In this document: piece by piece, positions 8,820-18,588 of the stretch | How positions within the stretch are numbered: position 1 is the stretch's first letter | How the letters are laid out: each line of letters opens with the position of its first letter | Source: a virus | Virus record (IMG/VR): IMGVR_UViG_3300035670_000125 | Direction: 5' to 3' (one strand) | Length of the DNA stretch: 64,000 bases | The notes under the pieces: model-generated | The model's input: the letters and a program-made list of their open reading frames with translations, nothing else | What the model was told of the DNA's origin: nothing | Databases searched by the model: none | Position numbers and translations under genes: made by a program

Positions 8820-9795
8820 AATCAGAAAACCCCATGCCTACGGACTTTTGTTTACTGAATGCCTTTTTATACTTTTCTATTTCTTTGACTATTTCAGAAA
8901 TAGTTTCCTTTAGATCCTTGTCATATATAGCGGATCTAATCACGGCTTCTTTAATGTGCGCTGGTGTAAACTCTGCACATTTATTGCTGGATATGAGATT
9001 TAGTGTTTCTTCGCTGGGCTTACCCTCTTTAGAAAAAAACCCCAACAGTTCTTTTCTTTGTTCTCCGTCCGGGTATCCGACTTCGATCTTGTCATCAAAC
9101 CGCTGTGGTCGGTTTGTTAAGTTGCCCAAAAATGCTTCTGGGAAATTAGTAGTTGCCAAAATAAGTACTGGTATTTTAAATGTTTTCTCTTGGTTGTCCA
9201 GTAAACTCAAAAGAGAAGAATCGCTTCTCATTCTAGTTTGATCGATTTCAATGCCACCAATATCTTCAACTATCAGTACCAACTTTTCGACTCCGCTGGT
9301 GTAGTTAAAAGACTTAACAAAATCTTTAACTTCAAAAGCTTCGAATTTGTCTGTAGTCCAGACGACGATAGCTGTCTTTGAATCGGTTTGGTATTGTTGA
9401 GCAACTTTATTTAGAACAGTGGTTTTCCCTGTTCCAGCTGGACCGTATAGAAGAATACCCCTTTTGGGGACTTCTATCCCATACTTTTTGTACACGTCGA
9501 GTTTATTAAAAAAACAATCGATTTTATCTGTGATATTTTTAGTGTGAACAAATGAGGATAAGATGTCGTCCTTAACAAAAGACGTTGGAACAAGGGATAA
9601 CTTTCCCATTACTTTTTGGATTGTCCAGATTCCAGGCTTTACATCATAGGCTGGAGATTCATCCTCGTCGTCGTGGTATTCCATTTGGACGAAGTTATTT
9701 TTTTGGGTTAGAATACTGAAATCCGATTCAGTGATTTTAGACCCAATTTCCATCTCATCTAGATTTGATTTAGCCTTGATAGTAAAGTAACCCAT
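8812..9795 (-). CDS. AAA+ ATPase
   Basis: Walker A LLYGPAGTGKTT, Walker B LVLIVEDIGG and a downstream TTN sensor-like motif (LATTNFP). Confidence 0.8.
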   Translation of the reverse strand: MGYFTIKAKSNLDEMEIGSKITESDFSILTQKNNFVQMEYHDDEDESPAYDVKPGIWTIQKVMGKLSLVPTSFVKDDILSSFVHTKNITDKIDCFFNKLDVYKKYGIEVPKRGILLYGPAGTGKTTVLNKVAQQYQTDSKTAIVVWTTDKFEAFEVKDFVKSFNYTSGVEKLVLIVEDIGGIEIDQTRMRSDSSLLSLLDNQEKTFKIPVLILATTNFPEAFLGNLTNRPQRFDDKIEVGYPDGEQRKELLGFFSKEGKPSEETLNLISSNKCAEFTPAHIKEAVIRSAIYDKDLKETISEIVKEIEKYKKAFSKQKSVGMGFSDYE

Positions 9796-10832
9796 TAGTT
9801 TTTCCCATGTGGTTTAGATTCAATCAATCCATTATTACTAATCTTAATAAATCTAGCATTCTGCTTTAACATTGTCAAATTAGAAGCACCTACGTAGGTT
9901 AGTCCCGATTTAATTCCAGCAGAGAGACTCTGTAGGACTCCGACCGCAGAACCTTTGTACTGAACATAGGTTGATTCACCTTCGGCAGTTCGGTGTTGGG
10001 ATACTTTGCCTTGAACTTCGTAAGACTCAAGTGATGCCGAACCACGGTATTTTTTACGAAAACCCCCACCATAGGCGTCGGTATATGCCACTAATTCCCC
10101 TGGAGTTTCATCTGTACCAGAAAGAAGACTCCCAATCATTACTGCATCTGCACCAGCTGCGAGAGCCTTTACAATATCACCGCTATTTTTAATGCCCCCA
10201 TCGGCGATAATATTAATTCCCAATTCATTTGTATATCTATAACAATCCATGACGGATTGTAACGTGGGCATCCCGCATCCTGTGACAATCCTAGTTGTAC
10301 ACATGCTGCCTCCTCCAATCCCAACTTTAAAAGTATTTGGCATCTGTGATGCTTTGGAATGGTATAGAAAGTCACTTATATCCCTGGCCGTGGCTACATT
10401 ACCGATAATAATTGAAGCATCTGATTTTACTATCTTCCTGAGTTCATCATATTGTTGAACGACGTGAAGTGCCGCTGCGTGTGCCACATCAATTACAAAC
10501 TGCTTGGCTCCCGCATAGAAAAGAGCTTCAGCCCTCTCCAATTCACCTTTGCCAATTCCAATTGAAACAATCGTTGACTTTGGAGAATCCAAGAATTCTT
10601 TTACATTATCCTCAATGGACATAAATCTATGAAGACACCCAACGCCACCACTTTGTTGCATTGCATTAGCCATTTTACTACCCGTGACGGTGTCCATGTT
10701 GGCTGAAATAATGGGCAAAGATAGATTTAAATTATTAACATTTGTTGAAATATCAACTTCTTTCCTAGAGCTTATCTTAGAGAAGGAGGGAACAATTAAC
10801 ACGTCATCAAAACAATATGAATTTTCGATCAT
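9795..10832 (-). CDS. guaC: GMP reductase-like enzyme (IMPDH/GMPR family, no CBS insert)
   Basis: [11 protein letters not shown], the catalytic-loop signature [11 protein letters not shown] and [26 protein letters not shown]. The 345-aa length fits GMP reductase rather than IMPDH. Confidence 0.75.
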   Translation of the reverse strand: MIENSYCFDDVLIVPSFSKISSRKEVDISTNVNNLNLSLPIISANMDTVTGSKMANAMQQSGGVGCLHRFMSIEDNVKEFLDSPKSTIVSIGIGKGELERAEALFYAGAKQFVIDVAHAAALHVVQQYDELRKIVKSDASIIIGNVATARDISDFLYHSKASQMPNTFKVGIGGGSMCTTRIVTGCGMPTLQSVMDCYRYTNELGINIIADGGIKNSGDIVKALAAGADAVMIGSLLSGTDETPGELVAYTDAYGGGFRKKYRGSASLESYEVQGKVSQHRTAEGESTYVQYKGSAVGVLQSLSAGIKSGLTYVGASNLTMLKQNARFIKISNNGLIESKPHGKN

Positions 10833-11188
10833 AGCTTTTCCTCAACAAATCCGTTTTCTGTGGAGTAACAAATCTTCTTTATCCCTGATTCTTTTATAGC
10901 AAGCATACATGTAACACATGGCCTTGCCATACCCAAAGAACCGTCTTTTTTTTGTCTGTAAATATAAATGGAACAATTATTCAAATCTTCCGTTGCTTTA
11001 ATTATGGCGGATATTTCTGCGTGTAATCTTTTCCAACTATGATTCGATTTGGTGTGAGTTTTGTTCTTGTTGTAGCCCAGCGAAATGATTCTGTTGCCCC
11101 GTGTGATTACCGCACCCAACTTGTGTTGGGGATGATCGGAATGAACTGATATTGATTTAGCCAAATCAAAAAATCTTTTTTTCATCAA
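10829..11188 (-). CDS. dCMP/cytidine deaminase (zinc-dependent)
   Basis: HAE(ISAI) and PCxxC (PCVTCMLAI) deaminase zinc-binding motifs. 119 aa. Confidence 0.8.
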   Translation of the reverse strand: MMKKRFFDLAKSISVHSDHPQHKLGAVITRGNRIISLGYNKNKTHTKSNHSWKRLHAEISAIIKATEDLNNCSIYIYRQKKDGSLGMARPCVTCMLAIKESGIKKICYSTENGFVEEKL

Positions 11189-11370
11189 TTTAAATCTGTT
11201 CTTTTTGAAACATCCACACCAAATGATTCTTTATTTGATGTGTATTTCTTTATCATCTCACTCATCGAGACAATGTCATCTACCGCATTCGTGTATCCCC
11301 TTTTATAAAAGAAATATGCGGTAGCGTATAAAGATATTCCCCAAATAAGTCCAATTGATACAAACATCAT
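11185..11370 (-). CDS. small membrane protein
   Basis: 61 aa. N-terminal hydrophobic MMFVSIGLIWGISLYATAYFF. ATGA overlaps on both sides. Confidence 0.5.
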   Translation of the reverse strand: MMFVSIGLIWGISLYATAYFFYKRGYTNAVDDIVSMSEMIKKYTSNKESFGVDVSKRTDLN

Positions 11371-13502
11371 TTTAATAGTTCCTTCAACTTCTCTTTATTC
11401 TTTTTTAACTTATAGTTCGTGAAGGTTCCTTCTGGGAGAACCGTTTTAAATATCTCAGATGTTTTGAATATTTTTTCAAGCATTTTATCTTTATCGTAAT
11501 CGCCATCAAAATTTTCAACCAGAGCTAGGGTGCCGTCAGATTTAAAGAAACAATAAATTCTATCTCCCTCAGAATATTCTGTTTCCGATATAATGTCAAA
11601 TATCTTTTGTTCGTTTGTTCTCTGTGGGTTTAGTGTTTTCTCTGAGATAGTTTTCCTTGTAACCCATCTTTTGATATCTTTTATTTGCATAGCTTCTTTG
11701 ACGTATTCTTCATATATGCTGCTGTAGTTTTCCGAGCCTTCTATAATCGCACTAATAATTCTATTAATGAACTCTTTTAATGCTGGTTCTTTTGTTGTTG
11801 CTTTAATAGCAGAGCCTTTCGTTTTGATTTTACTACCGTCGAATAAAACGTAATTCTTCGCCTTAAATACAATTGTACATTTATATAAGCCGTCGTCCTC
11901 GAACTTAATAGTCGAGGGGAACAGTGCGTTTAATTCTTTTAGGGACGACATCTTTTCTTCTTCGGAGAATTCACCCTCGTTATATTTTGTGAAAGAAATA
12001 GAGTCGGTGTCAGCATTAACAATGATGTGATTTTTTTCTTGCGCCCACTCAATGGATTTTGTGAGGATGTCTCTTCCCATTTTCGTGATGAACGCTGCGC
12101 CCTCAGGCATGTTAAAATTTAACCCCGTGCTACCAAGAAACCCATAGCAACTGTTAATAAATATTTTAAATGTGGCTTGCATATCATCATGGTATTTATC
12201 CTTTTTGGATAGACCTTTATGATACAAACGTCGTTCTGTAAATGTTTGTACTAAGTTTAGGAAGTTCTTGTTGGGATCCTTTTCACGCGAATGTACTTTA
12301 TACTCGATCATGATTGATGGGTAAAGGGATGCTACGTCAACTTTAAAAACATTTCTGTAAACCCCTGGGTTCCCAAAACTAATAGCTCCTTCAAATTCTA
12401 CCGCAGGGGAAGCCTTGGGTATGCTGTGTCTCTCCTGGAGATAGCTTCTAACCATCACAGAATTAATTTGACTTCCAGAGGCAGATTCTATCATTGATTG
12501 GAAGCTTTTAGGTACAGATTGTGTCATGTAGAAAAACGGAGAAATCATCAGGTCAAACAATTTTAAGGAGTCGTCTGCATCATGTAAGCAGTACTCTTTG
12601 ATTTTTTCCCATTCATACGGATCGGTGTAATTGAATCTAATTAAAGAAGCATCATAAAAAACCCGATCCTTTGCTTCTAGGTTTTCTTGAGCAATGATTT
12701 TCTTTAGTCCATAGCTTTCATATTTTCTACCGATATCATACTTATACGCTAGGAACATGGTGTCTATTAGTTCACGACCATAACACCTCACCTTGTTGTA
12801 GTGGAGGTCGCGGGTGCCGTCTACTCTAAACTTAGACTCATATGATTCAAATCTAATTGGTGATCCGTCTCTACCCAATTTCAATTCGTGTTTATTTATA
12901 GCTAAGAATTCTGAAATATATTTCAAATCGAATGAATAGATATTGTGTCCACATATAACAGAAGGATCTATTTCATTAACCCAATTAGCCCATTCCAGCA
13001 GCATGTGTACGCTAGAATGGTAATCAGTGAAACTAAATAGTTTTCTGTTGGTGACACCATTTTTTCTATAGGTATTTGAAATTAGCAACACTTTAGCTTG
13101 GGGATCTTCTGCATTAAGAGAAGTGGTCTCAATATCAAAAGATAGGATAGACACATCCTGTGGTTTCATACCTTTAAAGTATGTGTAACCATCCTTAACC
13201 ATAATCGATTCTTTTGGATCGTGTATGGAATAAATGTCGTATCTGCCGTATTGCTTTTTAAAAGAAATAAAATCAGAACGTTCTTTGAACTGCTTACCCC
13301 ATTTATAGTGTAAGTTCCCATTTAAACGAACGAATGAATTATCGACATTTTGATTCGACAAAATCCAATACCTATTCTGAACCTGAGTTTCAGTAATAGA
13401 TCCATCTTCGTTTTGAGTAAATACAATAGCAAACTCGTCTTGTGGCTCAATTGACACTATCTTCTGTATCTGATTTTTGCCGTAAATTAGTTGGTCGCTC
13501 AT
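11367..13502 (-). CDS. DNA polymerase, family B
   Basis: Exo I FDIETT, Exo II HNIYSFDLKY, Exo III YCLHDADD, Pol A DVASLYPS, Pol B KIFINSCYG, Pol C NADTDS. GAGGA RBS before the ATG. Confidence 0.92.
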   Translation of the reverse strand: MSDQLIYGKNQIQKIVSIEPQDEFAIVFTQNEDGSITETQVQNRYWILSNQNVDNSFVRLNGNLHYKWGKQFKERSDFISFKKQYGRYDIYSIHDPKESIMVKDGYTYFKGMKPQDVSILSFDIETTSLNAEDPQAKVLLISNTYRKNGVTNRKLFSFTDYHSSVHMLLEWANWVNEIDPSVICGHNIYSFDLKYISEFLAINKHELKLGRDGSPIRFESYESKFRVDGTRDLHYNKVRCYGRELIDTMFLAYKYDIGRKYESYGLKKIIAQENLEAKDRVFYDASLIRFNYTDPYEWEKIKEYCLHDADDSLKLFDLMISPFFYMTQSVPKSFQSMIESASGSQINSVMVRSYLQERHSIPKASPAVEFEGAISFGNPGVYRNVFKVDVASLYPSIMIEYKVHSREKDPNKNFLNLVQTFTERRLYHKGLSKKDKYHDDMQATFKIFINSCYGFLGSTGLNFNMPEGAAFITKMGRDILTKSIEWAQEKNHIIVNADTDSISFTKYNEGEFSEEEKMSSLKELNALFPSTIKFEDDGLYKCTIVFKAKNYVLFDGSKIKTKGSAIKATTKEPALKEFINRIISAIIEGSENYSSIYEEYVKEAMQIKDIKRWVTRKTISEKTLNPQRTNEQKIFDIISETEYSEGDRIYCFFKSDGTLALVENFDGDYDKDKMLEKIFKTSEIFKTVLPEGTFTNYKLKKNKEKLKELLK

Positions 13503-13704
13503 AATATTCCTCGTAAATGTAAACTTTCCAGCTATCGCCTACCCAGATATTACCATTTGAAAGTAGTACCCAGGATTGTTTATCCTCAGTTTTTACGAGC
13601 GTGCCTATGATTATGTCACTATCTGATTCTCTTACCCTATCTGATACTTTATCGGTGATTATTACGACGCTTCCTTCTGGTAACTCATTGATTTGTTTCT
13701 TCAT
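13447..13704 (-). CDS. hypothetical protein
   Basis: 85-aa ORF. Its 3' end overlaps the polB start by 56 nt. Confidence 0.45.
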   Translation of the reverse strand: MKKQINELPEGSVVIITDKVSDRVRESDSDIIIGTLVKTEDKQSWVLLSNGNIWVGDSWKVYIYEEYYERPTNLRQKSDTEDSVN

Positions 13705-13969
13705 TAATTTCCTCTAGGAAGAGATCTAACGAGCCATTAAGTTCTTCTAATGTCAATGCTGCCACGAATATGCTTTTGGTTTCAAACACAGTCGGACATT
13801 CTTTTTCAAGAGTACTATAAATAGATCTAACCCTATCTGGTATTTTTTGATTTATGAAACACCTAGATGAAATAATGATATTTACCATATCATCATCCAT
13901 ATCATCTACGTATATGAAATCCGGGTTGAAATTTTTATAGAGCACTGACTCTATTTCATATAGTTCCAT
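13685..13969 (-). CDS. hypothetical protein
   Basis: 94-aa acidic ORF overlapping its neighbours. Confidence 0.5.
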   Translation of the reverse strand: MELYEIESVLYKNFNPDFIYVDDMDDDMVNIIISSRCFINQKIPDRVRSIYSTLEKECPTVFETKSIFVAALTLEELNGSLDLFLEEINEETNQ

Positions 13970-14301
13970 TAATTGAGATCTTCTTTTTCTGGGTCAGGCA
14001 TAGACTCTAACATCTCATCATATTTTGTTTTTTCGACGTGTACTTGAACCATACAAAGTCTCTTTTTAGAGATTGCCTGTGTGATTTCAAAGGGGTTATC
14101 ACCTAAATAAAGAAACATATCATCCTCGTCCAAAAGATAGCCGCGAGCAATCATTGGTGCATTTTGCTCATATGTCTGATCTTCAGTGTTGGCATAATCA
14201 ACAATCATAAGATCTGTAATCACGTTTACGTATTCGCCCATGAATGCCAGTGAAAATGTTTTTAATTCATCTGCATCTTTTTTTCTGATTGTTCTGGACA
14301 T
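13969..14301 (-). CDS. hypothetical protein
   Basis: Start trimmed to the internal ATG (MSRTIRKK), which lies 1 nt downstream of the primase-helicase stop. The ORF-track N-terminal extension lies inside that gene. Confidence 0.5.
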   Translation of the reverse strand: MSRTIRKKDADELKTFSLAFMGEYVNVITDLMIVDYANTEDQTYEQNAPMIARGYLLDEDDMFLYLGDNPFEITQAISKKRLCMVQVHVEKTKYDEMLESMPDPEKEDLN

Positions 14302-14302
14302 T

Positions 14303-16255
14303 TTATTCCCACCCTGTTGACTGCTTTTCGAGCGCCTCGAGCTTTGCTTGTTGTTTACGTTCTTTGAATTCAGCAAGTTGTTCCTCTTCTTCCTGAGTGA
14401 GTTCTCTAATGTCACCCGTGACACCATTCCAACTAAAATCACCTGACCAAAGAGATCCGAATCTGTTTTTAACAATAGCAAAAGAAATGTACCTATCGTC
14501 AAGCACAGTTTTGGGATTGTATCCTTCCCTCCATAATGTCAGAATCGTTGAACAACTTTGCTCAATCAAACTAGATCCCTTTACACCCTTTAAGGATAGT
14601 AGTGGATCGGAGACATCTGGTGTTGAGTGCTTTTGTGTTTGTAGCAGCAATAGAACAGCAACAGATAACTCATTGGCTAAATCTTTGAGTTGATTCGCAA
14701 TGAATCCCGTGTTTGCGGTTTGATCGGAATAGGGGCCAGCTAAACACTCGAGATAGTCGATGACTACGAGCTTAACCTTTTCCCCTCGTTCTTGTTGTTG
14801 CTCGACAATTGTTCTTTTCAAATCTGGAACAGTTAACCCCGATTTGAAATTAAACCCGACATTTTTATACATGTCTTTCAATTGTGAACTAAGCTCTGCT
14901 GCCTTTTTAGGATCGTCTTTGAATATAGCTAAGACTTCCTTAAAATTCATCCCAGTTAGCTTCTGTACCATTTTTGCATAGACAATAGGCATACCCATGT
15001 CTAAGCTAAAGAAAGTCGATTGGATGCCAGATTGGGAGGTGTTTAGGAGGTACTGCAAAGACATTGAAGTTTTTCCCGCACCTGGCTGTCCTAGCAACCC
15101 ATTTAATGTTGAGGCACAAATCATTGCTCTTTCATCTAATTTTGTGATGCCCGTCTTGATGATATTCTGTTCGAAATTTTGAGCATAGTTTGTGAATAAA
15201 CCACCCATGTCATCAATTTTGATTACTGGGGGTTCTTCTGCTTCATGTTTACATTTATGCTCACCTAGACTATTGCAGTAGCTTTGCAGCCAACCTGGTT
15301 TTTGACAGCTGTACTGGCCGCCTTCCCAATTGTCAGTGAATACCGACTGTTCAATGATGTTACTGTATAGTTCTTCCTTTGGGAACTCATCCTGACCAGT
15401 TGAGGCTGCTTGCTTTTTAAGTGCAGACTTACACATGTAGTATGTGGTGTCTTTGTCGTACCCTAAGCCTCTGCATGTGGCTGCAATCACCATGAGGGCG
15501 TTATGTCTTTCGCCTTCTTTGAAGTTACCTTGTAGGAGCGCCCACTTACAGTTCTTCCATTGTACTGGTTTTTGTGTAAAGTCTAGTGAGGAAGTTGTCG
15601 GTCTTACATCTTTTTTGGTTTCTTCAATATGGAGTAGTTCATCGTCGATGGATGCGACACCCCATTCGAACTCATCTTTAATGTTATCTAAAGAAGAAGC
15701 TAGATTTTTAATCTGTGAAATAGACATTCGGTGTAGTTGATTATACGTCAAGGGAACCTTATAAAGACCACTCTTCTGATGCCTTGTTCCTGGGATTCGA
15801 AAAATACGCGATGGATCATAAACCGCTTTATCCAGCGACTGAAGCCCACTTCCAAATTTTTTAACACAAATATTAAAAACTTGGTCAGGTGTAATTTGTC
15901 TATTGAGAGTGACAACTAAATGGAATCCTTTATTTCCAGAAAAATAAATTTCAATATTTTTCTTATCGATTCCGTATCTGGTCAATCGACGAACTGCTTC
16001 AATTGCATCGCGTTGAGCAAAGGATGTATCTACGGCGGTATCAAAATCAAACCAAATTTTATTGGTGACTACATCCTTGATACCTCGAACGGTTCCGGTT
16101 CTTTTAAATTCTTCAGCTTGTTTTTCGTTATAAAGAAAGGCTGAGGCGTAGTAGTCTTTGTCGCTATCCTCAATATTATCGAATACCTCATTCACAGGAA
16201 TAAGCTTACCCTTGTCAGCAACACCCTTAGTAAAGCGAACAAAATGAGACACCAT
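14303..16255 (-). CDS. bifunctional primase (AEP/prim-pol-like) - DnaB-like helicase
   Basis: N-terminal WFDFD and RIPGTRHQKSG (archaeo-eukaryotic primase-like). Central Cys cluster. C-terminal Walker A GQPGAGKTS, Walker B LVVIDYLE and DnaB/RecA-like motifs. Confidence 0.85.
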   Translation of the reverse strand: MVSHFVRFTKGVADKGKLIPVNEVFDNIEDSDKDYYASAFLYNEKQAEEFKRTGTVRGIKDVVTNKIWFDFDTAVDTSFAQRDAIEAVRRLTRYGIDKKNIEIYFSGNKGFHLVVTLNRQITPDQVFNICVKKFGSGLQSLDKAVYDPSRIFRIPGTRHQKSGLYKVPLTYNQLHRMSISQIKNLASSLDNIKDEFEWGVASIDDELLHIEETKKDVRPTTSSLDFTQKPVQWKNCKWALLQGNFKEGERHNALMVIAATCRGLGYDKDTTYYMCKSALKKQAASTGQDEFPKEELYSNIIEQSVFTDNWEGGQYSCQKPGWLQSYCNSLGEHKCKHEAEEPPVIKIDDMGGLFTNYAQNFEQNIIKTGITKLDERAMICASTLNGLLGQPGAGKTSMSLQYLLNTSQSGIQSTFFSLDMGMPIVYAKMVQKLTGMNFKEVLAIFKDDPKKAAELSSQLKDMYKNVGFNFKSGLTVPDLKRTIVEQQQERGEKVKLVVIDYLECLAGPYSDQTANTGFIANQLKDLANELSVAVLLLLQTQKHSTPDVSDPLLSLKGVKGSSLIEQSCSTILTLWREGYNPKTVLDDRYISFAIVKNRFGSLWSGDFSWNGVTGDIRELTQEEEEQLAEFKERKQQAKLEALEKQSTGWE

Positions 16256-16268
16256 TTCGACTCCTTAA

Positions 16269-16634
16269 TTATTTAAGTTCTGCGTGAACAAACATTGCTC
16301 TAGAATGATCGTGTCTTACATTGACAGTAATACTCAAATCTTTAGACTCTAGAATAAAAATATGAAACTGTCTGTAAACTTTTTCTATTAATTCCACATT
16401 ACCAAAAATACCGACGCAAGCAAACTCAGTGGAAAGTTTTCTGGACGACGATAAGTTTCTTCCGATTTTTTTGTTGTAGTTGTCTTGTGGTGAGCATAAT
16501 GCAAGACCACAATTCAATTCCAATTTTGTGTGTGGATTTAAAAGTAATTCTAAGAATTCTTCTTTGGGTGGGATATCTACGCAGACTGTATATTTTTGGG
16601 AGGATGGATTTGGTTGATGGAAAAATTGTTCCAC
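16269..16634 (-). CDS. hypothetical protein
   Basis: GTG start with AAGGAG 8 nt upstream. 121 aa. Confidence 0.55.
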   Translation of the reverse strand: MEQFFHQPNPSSQKYTVCVDIPPKEEFLELLLNPHTKLELNCGLALCSPQDNYNKKIGRNLSSSRKLSTEFACVGIFGNVELIEKVYRQFHIFILESKDLSITVNVRHDHSRAMFVHAELK

Positions 16635-16845
16635 TGTAAATCTCCTTAAACGTGGGGCGGCTGGGAATTACCCTTCCATCTTCTCAAAAACCCATTTGTA
16701 GAGAAGAACCCGCTTGCCGCCGAAGCGTCTGGACCTAGCCTCCAGAACTCACCATTCTCACTATTCAGATCAAAACGAATAGTTACACAGACTATTTGAT
16801 CTCGTCTGGTAGGTGACACGAATAGCGTAGCTAAAATATTAAGGG
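16635..16845 (-). ncRNA. candidate structured RNA / structured 5' leader
   Basis: A 211-nt gap that looks clearly GC-richer than its surroundings. On the transcribed strand, GGCGGC...GCCGCC (16656-61/16716-21) encloses TCTTCTC/GAGAAGA (16679-85/16701-07) and GGAA/TTCC, giving a three-way-junction shape. There is also a TCTGGA/TCCAGA hairpin (16728-46) and an 8-bp AGATCAAA/TTTGATCT hairpin. It ends at the RBS of gene 16269-16634. Confidence 0.35.
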
Positions 16846-17154
16846 TTAGCTACCACCAGACTCAACTAGAACAACCTCAAATCGAACCCAGTCTGGAATT
16901 TTTGAGATTCGATCTGCTTTAATTTTTTCAGCTAAATCTCCCGAAAGTTTTCCAGAAGAAACAGCTTGATCTAGACTGTCCATTTGGAATTTTTTACTTT
17001 CAAGTTTAAGTGAAATACCTTTAGTTTTATCAGCCTTCATCAAGGCACGTGCAAGTTCTTCTGCTGTGTTTCCACGTAGAACCAAATAGTCTGGCTTACC
17101 AGCATCTTTAGATTTACATACAGATCCAACAACAGTTCTTTTAGATTTAGCCAT
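16846..17154 (-). CDS. hypothetical protein
   Basis: 102-aa Lys-rich ORF overlapping the upstream gene. Confidence 0.55.
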   Translation of the reverse strand: MAKSKRTVVGSVCKSKDAGKPDYLVLRGNTAEELARALMKADKTKGISLKLESKKFQMDSLDQAVSSGKLSGDLAEKIKADRISKIPDWVRFEVVLVESGGS

Positions 17155-17518
17155 TATTAATTACCTCAGTTTGTGTTTCTAGAATATCAGAAGCTTTTGG
17201 TTCTTGCAACATCTCAGGATGATTTAACATGGTTTGTTGAATCATCATTAGCTTTGCTAGAATCAATTGCTCTGCAATAAAAAAAGTATCCTTTTCTGAC
17301 TGAGAAGAAAAGTTATATTCCTCCTCAACTAGTGGATACTCAACTAATGCTTTTAACACTCTTCGTAATGCCTTGTTGCTGAGTTTGTTAACCATGAGTT
17401 GAAATTTTGGCAAGTAGAGTGTGAACATTGTCGCTGCCGTATTTTCAACATGGCTACTGTCTGTGTTATAAACATTGGTTTCTTGTGTTAATTCTAAGGC
17501 TTCATTCCCATCCGTCAT
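17147..17518 (-). CDS. hypothetical protein
   Basis: 123-aa ORF overlapping both neighbours. Confidence 0.5.
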   Translation of the reverse strand: MTDGNEALELTQETNVYNTDSSHVENTAATMFTLYLPKFQLMVNKLSNKALRRVLKALVEYPLVEEEYNFSSQSEKDTFFIAEQLILAKLMMIQQTMLNHPEMLQEPKASDILETQTEVINNG

Positions 17519-18020
17519 TTTCAGCTCCTGCTGCTAGTTCGGTTTTCTTAGCTGGTTTCCTAAATGATCCCGCTTTAGTAGTTGATGTTGAAGCTACAGC
17601 TTGTTCTAAGTTGGATACAGTTGCTGCTGCTTGGCCTCTAACGTCCACTACTGGACTATCCACGATTCTATCTCCTTCGTCAAGATCAGAGATAGCGAAT
17701 TGTGTTCCGTACCCGAGCATAGCCAAAGCTCTCCCCACTGCAGAGGTTTCAGCCTTTTCAGTGTGGTCGGAGAAATCTTTTTTAGTTTCACGTTTAGTGG
17801 CACTAGCTCGTTTGATCTCTTTACCTTCTTTATCAAAAACAGTGACCACGGCTCGAGCAACAGTTTGGTCGTCGTTTACAAGAAGAAAATCAGTCTCGAT
17901 ACGAAAATTAGTTTCTGTTTCATTAAACCATTGAAGCCGATGTGCCACCAAAAGATAGTCCTTACCTTTTAGATTGGCGAGTGGTAATGAAGTTCCTTTT
18001 GGGGTAGTTACAGTTTTCAT
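17502..18020 (-). CDS. putative single-strand annealing protein (Rad52/Sak-like motif)
   Basis: EKAETSAVGRALAMLGYG resembles the conserved helix-hairpin motif of Rad52/Sak-type annealases. A RecB/Cas4-like exonuclease lies 2 kb away. This is a weak motif-level call. Confidence 0.4.
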   Translation of the reverse strand: MKTVTTPKGTSLPLANLKGKDYLLVAHRLQWFNETETNFRIETDFLLVNDDQTVARAVVTVFDKEGKEIKRASATKRETKKDFSDHTEKAETSAVGRALAMLGYGTQFAISDLDEGDRIVDSPVVDVRGQAAATVSNLEQAVASTSTTKAGSFRKPAKKTELAAGAENDGWE

Positions 18021-18036
18021 ATATTATCTCCTTTAA

Positions 18037-18300
18037 TTAGATTCTAATTTTTTTAGCAGCAATAACTTTAAATCTTTCACTAGCAAGATCTCTACTAGGG
18101 AATTCAGTTACATCCTGAACATCTGATTCCCCGGTATTTGCGTTGAACGCGATCTCAACCAATCCCCATTTCCCGTTTTGTAGCTTGGCGATTCCCAAGG
18201 CTAGACTGTTTAAAACGGCCTCCTGGGTGGGTTGAGTTACTGTTACTTCTTCTTGATTTAAAAAGTCTGTCAACGTTAGGTCTTTTTTCTTTTTAGCCAT
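18037..18300 (-). CDS. hypothetical protein
   Basis: 87-aa ORF. Confidence 0.5.
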   Translation of the reverse strand: MAKKKKDLTLTDFLNQEEVTVTQPTQEAVLNSLALGIAKLQNGKWGLVEIAFNANTGESDVQDVTEFPSRDLASERFKVIAAKKIRI

Positions 18301-18366
18301 CTGATGCTCCTGTTCGGATGTTGGTGGTTTTACCTTAACACATCCAAATACTATTGTCTATTTTTT

Positions 18367-18588
18367 TTAGTATTGTTCTTCATTTCCTTCTTCAACTTCT
18401 TTATCGTAACGCTGTTTAGTTAGAAGAAATATCACAACAGATGCAATTAGCCAAGCTACAATATATAAAAAATTAATATCTTCTTTTGAAGAAATCTTGT
18501 CTGATATATTATACCCAGTGTGGGTTAGGAATAAATAACATCCGGTGTAAAATATATCTAAAACAAATCTAAGAATATCTTCTTTCAT
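18367..18588 (-). CDS. small membrane protein
   Basis: Two hydrophobic segments (FYTGCYLFLTH; YIVAWLIASVVIFLL). Confidence 0.5.
   Translation of the reverse strand: MKEDILRFVLDIFYTGCYLFLTHTGYNISDKISSKEDINFLYIVAWLIASVVIFLLTKQRYDKEVEEGNEEQY

Noticed and set aside
13969-14502. 177-aa version of the ORF downstream of the primase-helicase gene; similar N-terminal extensions occur at 7110-7424, 18683-19219, 33055-33519, 34321-35100, 35114-35659 and 35660-35917.
   Set aside because: The extensions overlap the upstream gene or structured non-coding sequence, while internal ATGs have proper RBSs. I reported the trimmed coordinates instead.
14397-16144. Plus-strand ORFs inside the primase-helicase gene (14397-14693, 14760-14981, 14997-15182, 15444-15740, 15737-15919, 15920-16144).
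   Set aside because: These are shadow ORFs antisense to a motif-rich 650-aa gene.
17428-17972. ORFs 17428-17934 (+), 17631-17972 (+) and 17648-17860 (-).
   Set aside because: They overlap the annealase-like gene and its neighbour, in other frames or on the other strand, and show no motifs or RBSs.
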